From Gammaproteobacteria bacterium (GTDB taxonomy: Bacteria > Pseudomonadota > Gammaproteobacteria > SZUA-229), in contig JAFLJY010000279.1 in the NCBI GenBank assembly GCA_022712755.1, positions 1 to 45,301 on the forward strand: a stretch of 45,301 nt of DNA, read 5' to 3'. Positions within the stretch are counted from its first letter, which is position 1; every line of letters starts with the position of its first letter. This document shows positions 35,434-43,250 of the stretch, in pieces. The notes below the pieces were generated by a model. That model did no database searches. It was not told the DNA's origin and saw nothing but the letters and a program-made list of their open reading frames with translations. The position numbers and the translations under genes were made by a program.

Positions 35434-35617
35434 GTATTATTTTTTTCTGATATAGCATTGGTGCATCTGGTAATTTCTGGCCTGCCAGTTGTTGCTGAAA
35501 ATATGAGGTGGTTATTTCTAATAATAAAATAAATAGCTGTCACCTGGCTTATCTGCTTCAGTTTTATATTGTTAACATCCAGAAGAAAATCATCCAATCA
35601 AATAAAGGAGATAGAGA

Positions 35618-35992
35618 ATGATAATAGATCACATTGGATTTGCCATATCAAATTATGAGAACAGCAAATCGTTTTATTCAAAAGCCTTAGAGCCACTCGG
35701 TATAGAGTTAATCACTGAAATTCAAGGCTGGGCAGGTTATGGAAAAAATGGAAAACCAGAGTTTTGGTTTGGTGTAAATGATAAAATCCAACACCCAATG
35801 CACATTGCGTTTCTAGCTGAAACCCGAGAACAGGTAAATAAGTTTTATGATGCTGCTATGGCAGCTGGTGCTAAAAATAATGGAAAACCAGGTATAAGAG
35901 ACATTTATCATCCAGATTATTATGGCGCTTTTGTGATTGATCCTGATGGTCATAACATTGAAGCCGTGTGCCACAATAAAGAAAATATCTGA
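35618..35992 (+). CDS. VOC (glyoxalase/bleomycin-resistance) family protein
   Basis: 124 aa with MIIDHIGFAISNYENSKSFY...DPDGHNIEAV and an AGGAGA Shine-Dalgarno sequence. Confidence 0.8.
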   Translation: MIIDHIGFAISNYENSKSFYSKALEPLGIELITEIQGWAGYGKNGKPEFWFGVNDKIQHPMHIAFLAETREQVNKFYDAAMAAGAKNNGKPGIRDIYHPDYYGAFVIDPDGHNIEAVCHNKENI

Positions 35993-36298
35993 CAATTTTT
36001 TGTAAAAGGACGGTCATAAACGCAACGTTTTTACTATTCGAAAAAAAGTAATGTTTATGAAAGCCGGTGAAGCATGCGTTGAAGCAGTAGAAAACTGCCT
36101 ATATGTGAGTAGAGGTGCCTGCCGATACTATCGATATTACACAAAGTAAAAGAAATTTTAGCTAAATCAATACCGATCCGTATAATAGAATTTGTATAGA
36201 TATCTTCGTAACAGTTAGGTTTTTCCTCTTCGAAGATGGTTTAAAAACATCATAATATGACGTGTCATGCTTACCAGAGAATGTTGCGTATTAATACC

Positions 36299-36928
36299 AT
36301 GGTTATCAGTATCAAAGAAGGCGAAATAATAGCTAAATCGGCATTTGATAGTGACGATGACTCATTAAGTGGATTTAATGAAAGCGATCGCTCAATCTTT
36401 GGTGGTTCAGATATTCACACAAACGAAAAGAATACTATCAATGTTGTTTATATTAATACACCCATTGGTTCTATGTTTGCCTGTGCCACAAAAAAAGGAC
36501 TTTGCCTGTTAGATTTTACTGACAGAAAAATGTTAGAAACAGAATTTAACGATTTATGTAAAAGGCTTAATGCTGTTATTTTACCTGGTTCAAACCCTTA
36601 TCTAGAGGAGGTTCAATCGGAGTTAGTAGAATATTTTTCTGGAGAAAGAAAAATATTTAGCATTCCACTAGATACCCCGGGAACTTATTTTCAAAAGTCA
36701 GTATGGAAAATTCTACAAGACATTCCTTATGGGAAAACACGAAGTTATAAAGAACAGGCCATTGCCATTGGTAATCCAAAAGCTGTTCGCGCAGTGGCAT
36801 CAGCTAATGGACATAATCGTGTCAGTATTATTATACCTTGTCATCGGGTTATCGGCTCAGACGGTAGCCTGGTAGGTTATGGTGGAGGCTTGCAACGAAA
36901 GCAGTGGTTGCTTGATCTAGAGTCATGA
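36299..36928 (+). CDS. ogt: Methylated-DNA--protein-cysteine methyltransferase
   Basis: Active site IPCHRVIG and GGGLQRKQWLL. There is an acidic N-terminal extension of about 45 aa. The start is uncertain (36257, 36281 or 36299). Confidence 0.88.
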   Translation: MVISIKEGEIIAKSAFDSDDDSLSGFNESDRSIFGGSDIHTNEKNTINVVYINTPIGSMFACATKKGLCLLDFTDRKMLETEFNDLCKRLNAVILPGSNPYLEEVQSELVEYFSGERKIFSIPLDTPGTYFQKSVWKILQDIPYGKTRSYKEQAIAIGNPKAVRAVASANGHNRVSIIIPCHRVIGSDGSLVGYGGGLQRKQWLLDLES

Positions 36929-37130
36929 AATATTAATATTGTTGATAAATTGTTTTTCATAGCACTATATAACATGTAGTTCAGAAGGGTTTTTTACTCA
37001 TCTTAATTAAGTCGTGAATGAAAAGCTTACGTCAGGAATCACTTGGCTACCCCGGCAAGTGCTTGTAATAGTCAACTCACAAGTACATACCCACTGATCA
37101 TAAATGATTTATCTACTTTTACAGATAAAA

Positions 37131-37157
37131 TGAATCTTTTTTCACCCTATTGACGTA
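37131..37157 (+). promoter_or_regulatory. ECF-type promoter P1: ATGAATC-N17-CGTA
   Basis: TGAATC at 37131-37136 and CGTA at 37154-37157, upstream of the ECF sigma gene. The motif and spacing are the same as at 38913-38939. Confidence 0.45.
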
Positions 37158-37259
37158 TATATTTGTATGGACGCGCAGACGCTCGCAATATATGCTTGTA
37201 TCTTATTGAATTTAAGTAACAAATAAATATTTGTTAAAAGTGTCAAATGAAATATTCGG

Positions 37260-38012
37260 ATGCCGATTATGGCTGAACTACTTTTAAAACCACGAAAAAC
37301 ATACTCAGCGGCGTGTATATCGCGGTTTTCTGTAAAAGACATCTGCGATATAATTTCAGTTATGCCTGCCATTGAAGAAAATCGTGAACTGCGAAATTTG
37401 CAATCAGAATCGATGCAATTGAACCAGCAACTGCGTGTATTCCTGAACAGGATTGTAAACAAAGACAAGCCGGCGTTTGAGCGGTTTTACGATAGCACCA
37501 TCCAGTTATGTTTTAGTCAGGCACTCAGGGTTACAAAAAAACAGGATATTGCAGAAGAAGTTGTTAGTGATGTCTATATGCAAGTCTGGAACAGAGCAGC
37601 AAGTTACGATGACACGCGCAGTAGTGTCATGACATGGCTGATGATGATATGCCGAAGTCGGGCACTGGATGCATTAAGACAGCGTAAAAATCAGCAGGTG
37701 AAAGAATCGGTAAACATTGATGCGATCGTTGAACCCTCTAGCGATGATAATCCGCAGGATATCTTGAGTGCGATACAGGAAGGGTGTTTTTTACACGACG
37801 TGGTTTCCCAGTTAAAACCACAGCAACAACAGTTGTTATCGTTGGCTTATTTTAAAGGGCTGACACATAGTGAAATTGCTAACCACACAAATATGCCTTT
37901 AGGGACTGTTAAATCACAGATTCGCAGGGCGATTATCATGCTAAAAAAATTAATAGATGAACAGGGATTACTTGCTAGCGATAAAAACGGTGGCGGAGAA
38001 TCTTATGACTAA
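37260..38012 (+). CDS. ECF (group 4) RNA polymerase sigma factor
   Basis: Region 2 is AFERFYDST...EEVVSDVYMQVW. Region 4 is LLSLAYFKGLTHSEIANHTNMPLGTVKSQIRRA. The longest ORF is given here, but ATGs at 37362 or 37413 fit ECF domain boundaries better. Confidence 0.85.
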   Translation: MPIMAELLLKPRKTYSAACISRFSVKDICDIISVMPAIEENRELRNLQSESMQLNQQLRVFLNRIVNKDKPAFERFYDSTIQLCFSQALRVTKKQDIAEEVVSDVYMQVWNRAASYDDTRSSVMTWLMMICRSRALDALRQRKNQQVKESVNIDAIVEPSSDDNPQDILSAIQEGCFLHDVVSQLKPQQQQLLSLAYFKGLTHSEIANHTNMPLGTVKSQIRRAIIMLKKLIDEQGLLASDKNGGGESYD

Positions 38013-38508
38013 AAACGATAGCAAAATAATTATTCAGGACGTTGTGCTCAGCGAGGACGAGCTGATGTTGTTAAGTACAGAACCCGCTGTTATGGATGAA
38101 ATCGATGTGAATTCGAAACAGATGAAATCACTACGTTCACGTGTGATGTCGCAGGTCGATGAGCAGTTATCAGCGGATACTAGTGATTTGCTAACGGTCA
38201 GAGCAGATAATGGTGACTGGCAACAGATCGGTGAATCTATAAGAAAAAAAATATTGTATGTCGATAAGCAAAAAGGGGTGGTGTCTTACCTGTTACGGGT
38301 CGATCCGGGTGCTGAAGACGCTTCACATTTGCATTCTTCAGATGAATATTGTCTGGTACTCGAGGGTGATATTTCATTTGGTGATATCCACCTGTATGCG
38401 GGCGATTTTCATCTCGCACCTAAAGGCAGTCGGCATGATAGAGCTTATACCGAGCATGGTGCATTGCTTTATATTCAGACAGGTATCCAGCAGCAGATGA
38501 GTCTTTAA
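38005..38508 (+). CDS. ChrR-like cupin-domain protein (putative anti-sigma partner)
   Basis: 167 aa counted from the ATG at 38005 (GGAGA Shine-Dalgarno sequence), which overlaps the sigma stop codon. C-terminal cupin SHLHSSDEYCLVLEGDISFG...H. No HxxxCxxC zinc anti-sigma motif and no TM. Confidence 0.7.
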   Translation: MTKNDSKIIIQDVVLSEDELMLLSTEPAVMDEIDVNSKQMKSLRSRVMSQVDEQLSADTSDLLTVRADNGDWQQIGESIRKKILYVDKQKGVVSYLLRVDPGAEDASHLHSSDEYCLVLEGDISFGDIHLYAGDFHLAPKGSRHDRAYTEHGALLYIQTGIQQQMSL

Positions 38509-38528
38509 TAATTTTAATCGTTTCTAAC

Positions 38529-38800
38529 TTAAGGGCATCTCTAAAAATAGCTTGCGACCTCTGCGCGATCTGAAACTTAGCATTTACCAGTCATAGTTAA
38601 TCATAGCATGTGGGCTTTATTTTCAAGCGTTGCAAAACGCAAGATTTTGTTTCAGGCTGCGCCCTACTGGGCTTTACCCCTTGCCCAGACTCGGCGTTAT
38701 GTTTTTTTACCGTACAATAAGTATGCTTTCAAAAACATGCCTTGATTCTGAACAAGGGGTAAAGCCAGAGGACACAACCTATTTTTAGAGATGACCTTAA
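38529..38800. repeat. MITE-like element with 21-bp terminal inverted repeats and an internal 36-nt inverted repeat
   Basis: Terminal repeats are TTAAGGGCATCTCTAAAAATAG (38529-38550) and CTATTTTTAGAGATGACCTTAA (38779-38800). Inner arms are 38670-38706 and 38731-38766. There is no ORF. Confidence 0.75.
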
Positions 38801-38821
38801 TTATTTATTTATCAATTTTTC

Positions 38822-38848
38822 ACGGTGGCTTAGGCCGCCGTTTTTTTT
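38822..38848 (+). terminator. Rho-independent terminator
   Basis: Stem ACGGTGGC / GCCGCCGT (8 bp, one G-U pair), loop TTAG, followed by T8. Confidence 0.8.
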
Positions 38849-38912
38849 CTCTAAAAATTAGTTGGTTTTGCTTCCTTTTGAATACTGCGCCCGGATTATT
38901 TTTTTAAAAATA

Positions 38913-38939
38913 TGAATCCGTTCTCATAATATTTTCGTA
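38913..38939 (+). promoter_or_regulatory. ECF-type promoter P2: ATGAATC-N17-CGTA
   Basis: TGAATC at 38913-38918 and CGTA at 38936-38939, about 55 nt upstream of the DUF4331 ATG. Confidence 0.5.
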
Positions 38940-38993
38940 AATAAGATTGACAGAAAAACATTGTTAATTGTTTTACATACGCAGGAGAATATT

Positions 38994-40487
38994 ATGAAGA
39001 AAAAAATTTTCACCACAAGTATATTGGCGACAGCCATCGCATGTTCGACCTTTGCCTTTTCCCTAAGTGTAGATGCATCGAGTCATAGAGAAGCGCCTTT
39101 TATCACGCAAAATCCTAAGGTTGATGGCACTGATTTTTATATGTTTCGTAGTTATGAAACCGGACGTGAAGAATATGTAACTTTGGTTGCAAACTATAAC
39201 CCACTGCAGGCAAGTTATGGTGGTCCAAACTATTTCACCATGGATCCAAATGCGTTGTATGAGATCCATGTCGATAATAATGGTGATGCTATCGAAGATA
39301 TTACTTTCCAGTTCCAGTTTAAAAACACATTGTCAAATAACGGCAAAGGCATCACTGTGCAGGTAAATGGAAAAGACGTGGCGGTATCGTTACGTAATAT
39401 TACCGAGGTCACTTCGCTTACTCCAGAAAGTGTTAATGATGCCGAATCATATAGCCTGACAGTGGTAAATGGTGATAGACGTAGCGGAATAAAAAGCTCT
39501 GCGATCAACATCAACAGCGGCGGTTCTACAATCTTTGCAAAGCCTTTTGATAATGTCGGTAACAAAACTTTCAATAGTGAGAGTTATGATGTTTATGCAA
39601 ATACTTTTATCTATGATGTGAATTTTCCTTCATGTCCCGCAGATGCGCAGCAGGGTAAGGTTTTTGTTGGCCAACGCAAAGAATCATTTGCCGTGAACCT
39701 GGGTGAGGTATTTGATCTGTTTAATTCAAATCCTTTAGGTGCTGTTGATGCAGAGATAAATATTATTGGTGATGAAAATATCACAACATTTGCGCTCGAG
39801 ATCCCTATTGCCTGTCTAACCAATAACGGCGCTGTGGATGTTATTGGTGCCTGGACAACTGCGAGCAAACGCCAGGTGCAGATACTTGACCCTACGCCAG
39901 ACTATGATCAGCCTGCACTAGAAAGAGGAGCATGGACACAGGTATCACGTCTTGGTATGCCGCTGGTTAACGAGCTGGTTATCGGTTTACCTGACAAAAA
40001 TCTGTTTAACAGCAGTGAGCCAAAAGGTGATGCTCAGTTTCTTGATTATGTCACTAACCCGACCTTTCCTGTTATTTTGAATGCATTGTTTGGTGTTAGC
40101 CCACCAACAGTTGCTGGTCGTCCTGATCTAGTTGCAACATTTCTTACCGGTTTGAGCGTAGTGAATAACAATGGCAGTGTTGGTGAGATGCAACGATTGA
40201 ATGTAACTGTCGCGCCTACAGCTAAAGCAAGTCAGAACAATATCGGTGTTGCTGCCGGTGATAACGCAGGCTTCCCAAATGGTCGTCGCCCGGGTGATGA
40301 TGTGGTTGATATAACCACCCGTGTTGCGATGGGAGTTTTATGCCATCTAAATTTGGGCTTATGTGATCCTGCGGATGCAGAGAGTGGCACATTGGAGTAT
40401 ACCGATGGAGCGATACAAAACGCTACACAGTTTGATGATGTGTTTCCGTACCTGACAACACCAGTTGCCGGTTCACCAGCTAATTAA
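38994..40487 (+). CDS. Secreted DUF4331-family protein
   Basis: The ATG at 38994 has an AGGAGA Shine-Dalgarno sequence, followed by a signal peptide. The mature N-terminus is SSHREAPFITQNPKVDGTDFYMF, and the C-terminal motif GFPNGRRPGDDVVD is as I recall for DUF4331. Confidence 0.8.
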   Translation: MKKKIFTTSILATAIACSTFAFSLSVDASSHREAPFITQNPKVDGTDFYMFRSYETGREEYVTLVANYNPLQASYGGPNYFTMDPNALYEIHVDNNGDAIEDITFQFQFKNTLSNNGKGITVQVNGKDVAVSLRNITEVTSLTPESVNDAESYSLTVVNGDRRSGIKSSAININSGGSTIFAKPFDNVGNKTFNSESYDVYANTFIYDVNFPSCPADAQQGKVFVGQRKESFAVNLGEVFDLFNSNPLGAVDAEINIIGDENITTFALEIPIACLTNNGAVDVIGAWTTASKRQVQILDPTPDYDQPALERGAWTQVSRLGMPLVNELVIGLPDKNLFNSSEPKGDAQFLDYVTNPTFPVILNALFGVSPPTVAGRPDLVATFLTGLSVVNNNGSVGEMQRLNVTVAPTAKASQNNIGVAAGDNAGFPNGRRPGDDVVDITTRVAMGVLCHLNLGLCDPADAESGTLEYTDGAIQNATQFDDVFPYLTTPVAGSPAN

Positions 40488-40501
40488 CCTGGAGAGTAAT
40501 C

Positions 40502-40780
40502 ATGAACTCTAAATACTCATTTATTATAATTGTTTGCAGCGGTCTTATGCTTAGTGCATGCCATGATAACAACAGTGCAGGTGGGGATGGTGTGACAACA
40601 CAGCCAGAAAATGAACTGACCGTGTTTGGCAACTTGTCAGCAGATGATGAGCCACTAGCGATCACTAACAAACTGGAACAGGACATACAGGCTGTATTTG
40701 GCGATGCTGATAATAAGGCTGTTGATGTTATCGTAGGTGATAATGTTCAAAGTGTTATCGACAGAGCCGGTTTAAATTGA
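40502..40780 (+). CDS. Small lipoprotein, hypothetical
   Basis: 92 aa with a lipobox LSAC and an acidic mature part. It is tightly linked between the DUF4331 and TPR genes. Confidence 0.6.
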   Translation: MNSKYSFIIIVCSGLMLSACHDNNSAGGDGVTTQPENELTVFGNLSADDEPLAITNKLEQDIQAVFGDADNKAVDVIVGDNVQSVIDRAGLN

Positions 40781-42075
40781 AACGGATGTACGGAGCAAGG
40801 GTAAAAAGTATGAAAATTAATCATGCTAAATCTACTCAGGACGAAAAGTGGGGAAGGCGTCGCCTTCTCCATTACCTGTTACTTTTTTATATAGTAACTT
40901 TGATGATTTTTTTTCTGCTGGTTAAAGGGGCAATGGCTGAACCGTATCTGCCAAAGAGCGAAACTCAGATCCTGGCCTACCTGCCAACAAAATTAACACC
41001 CTTGTCAAATCGGATAAAAAAACTTGAGAGCAGACTGATATCCTATTCAGCTGATAACAGACAGATGGAAGAATTACAGGAAGCCTTGCTTAAGGCATAT
41101 CTGCAACAGGCAAGAGTGGCAGCCGACATGCGTTATCTCAGTTATGCTCAAAAACGACTGGATCAATGGTTACAGAAAACACCTGATTCAGAAAAAGCCA
41201 GGTTATTAGATGCACAGATAAAACAATACAATCACCATTTCGACGATGCCATAGTGGTGCTGACTGCATTGTTGAAAGATTATCCTAATAACAGTGAAGC
41301 CTGGTCGCTACTGTCAAATCTGCAATTGTTAACAGGTAATTATGTTGCAGCAAGTGCAAGCTGTAAACAACTGTCATTAAGCAGCAACCTGGCAGAGTTA
41401 GTTATTTGTCAGAGCAATATCAAAATAAGAACCGGATTGTTAAATGAAGCCTACACGTTGTTAAGTGTGTTATTACCCGTTATTGATAATATGCCGATTG
41501 AACAACAATTATGGCTGGTTACAAGCCTGGCAGAAATAACTATACAACAGGACAAAAAAAACCTTGCCGAGCGTTATCTAAAACAGGCGGTTACATTGGC
41601 TGCTAATAATGATATCAATGATGCTTACCTGACACGTGTTTACACCGATTTTCTAATTCAACATAGCAGATTCAAACTGGCGTTTGAATTAACTAAAAAT
41701 AATAAAGGGGATGCTGGGTTGATGATACGCTCAGCAGTACTCGCAAAAAAAACGGGTGATGACCAGCTGTATTATGATAACAAAGCGGCATTAATACAAA
41801 TATTTGATGTAGAAAAAAGACGACAGAAAAACCGGCACCTACGTGAGCTAGCATTGTTTACATTGTTACTACTTGATGATGCGACTGCAGCGTTAACTAT
41901 TGCGAAACAGAACTGGCTTCTTCAAAAAGAACCCGAGGATGCGCGAATCTTGATGAAATCGGCGCTAACTGTCGGTGATCATGAACAAATACACTGGGTG
42001 GAAGCCGCTATTGAAAGGACAGGCCTGATCGATCTTCGTCTGGATAAAGTACGATTAGGCGAATCAATAATATGA
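40777..42075 (+). CDS. Membrane-anchored TPR-repeat protein
   Basis: One N-terminal TM (LLHYLLLFYIVTLMIFFLLV) followed by TPR-like helical repeats. The start is uncertain (TTG 40777, ATG 40786 or ATG 40810). Its stop overlaps the next gene by 4 nt. Confidence 0.7.
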   Translation: MKRMYGARVKSMKINHAKSTQDEKWGRRRLLHYLLLFYIVTLMIFFLLVKGAMAEPYLPKSETQILAYLPTKLTPLSNRIKKLESRLISYSADNRQMEELQEALLKAYLQQARVAADMRYLSYAQKRLDQWLQKTPDSEKARLLDAQIKQYNHHFDDAIVVLTALLKDYPNNSEAWSLLSNLQLLTGNYVAASASCKQLSLSSNLAELVICQSNIKIRTGLLNEAYTLLSVLLPVIDNMPIEQQLWLVTSLAEITIQQDKKNLAERYLKQAVTLAANNDINDAYLTRVYTDFLIQHSRFKLAFELTKNNKGDAGLMIRSAVLAKKTGDDQLYYDNKAALIQIFDVEKRRQKNRHLRELALFTLLLLDDATAALTIAKQNWLLQKEPEDARILMKSALTVGDHEQIHWVEAAIERTGLIDLRLDKVRLGESII

Positions 42076-43211
42076 GAAATATTATTATATTAATTCTATG
42101 TTTTTATAGTCAGTCGATCCTGGCACACAAAACTAGTGACAGTTATTTGAATATTGTTACATCAAACCAACACAACAGTATCACCTGGTCGATAGCAGTG
42201 ATTGATTTAGAAGTTGCTGTCGGTTTGGATATGGATGCAGATAACAGGATAACCTGGGCAGAAGTCATTAATAGAAGATCGGCTATAGAAGCTTATGTGC
42301 TCAGCCGTTTTTCTTTGTACCATATGAAAGACCAGCAGAAACACATTTGCGCTGTCGATAATGAAAGTTTACTTGTCGATGATAAGAGAGATGGAAGTTA
42401 TCTTGTTTTTAATCTGGCCACTCCCTGTCTTAATGATCTAGCCGTAAATGATTTTATTCTGGAGTATCAATTGTTATTTGATATTGACAGCAATCATCGA
42501 GGATTGATATTAATCGAGTCAGAAGAAAGTACGATAACACGGGTAGCAAGCCCAAAAAACCACATATTTAAAGTACAAAATAGCAATGTTTCAGTGATGT
42601 TGATATTGTATGATTATGTACTTGAAGGAATTTGGCATATTCTAATTGGTCTGGACCATATACTTTTTCTTTTGGCATTATTACTTCCAGCAGTGTTACT
42701 TTATAAAGATGGATTGTGGCAACGCCGTGAAAATATTCGCAGTTGCTTGTTACCGATATTGAAGATCGTCACCGCGTTTACCGTTGCACACTCTGTCACT
42801 TTAACATTGTCTGTCTTAGAAATAGTGCAATTGCCGCCGCAACTGGTAGAAACCATCATTGCTATCACCGTGCTGCTTACCTGTCTGCATAGTATCAAAC
42901 CGGTTCTTCAGGATTCTATGTGGCAAATTGCTTTCTTCTTCGGCCTGATTCACGGTTTTGGTTTTGCCAATGTCTTACTTGATCTTGGCCTGGCAGAAAC
43001 GGCGTTACTGGTGTCGCTGCTAGGTTTTAATGTCGGCGTCGAAATTGGTCAATTATTTATCGTCTGTGTATTTATGGTTTTTGCGACAGTAGTTCATCGT
43101 TACTGGTGGTATCGCACAATAATATTTAAAGGTGGAATTTCGGCTACGGCGGCGCTTTCCTGTATCTGGATAATCGAACGGATGCTCAATTATGAGATCC
43201 TTGTCATTTAG
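42072..43211 (+). CDS. HupE/UreJ-family membrane protein with N-terminal periplasmic domain
   Basis: 379 aa: signal peptide, a soluble domain of about 170 aa, then 6 TM helices with HILIGLDHILFLLALLLP and GLIHGFGFANVL motifs. Confidence 0.8.
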   Translation: MRNIIILILCFYSQSILAHKTSDSYLNIVTSNQHNSITWSIAVIDLEVAVGLDMDADNRITWAEVINRRSAIEAYVLSRFSLYHMKDQQKHICAVDNESLLVDDKRDGSYLVFNLATPCLNDLAVNDFILEYQLLFDIDSNHRGLILIESEESTITRVASPKNHIFKVQNSNVSVMLILYDYVLEGIWHILIGLDHILFLLALLLPAVLLYKDGLWQRRENIRSCLLPILKIVTAFTVAHSVTLTLSVLEIVQLPPQLVETIIAITVLLTCLHSIKPVLQDSMWQIAFFFGLIHGFGFANVLLDLGLAETALLVSLLGFNVGVEIGQLFIVCVFMVFATVVHRYWWYRTIIFKGGISATAALSCIWIIERMLNYEILVI

Positions 43212-43250
43212 CTTAAAAGTGAACAACGAATATGATATCACTTAGTTATT

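Noticed and set aside
37142-37468. 108-aa minus-strand ORF upstream of, and overlapping, the ECF sigma gene
   Set aside because: It is an AT-rich, hydrophobic, low-complexity translation that overlaps the predicted ECF promoter and the sigma 5' region, with no family resemblance.
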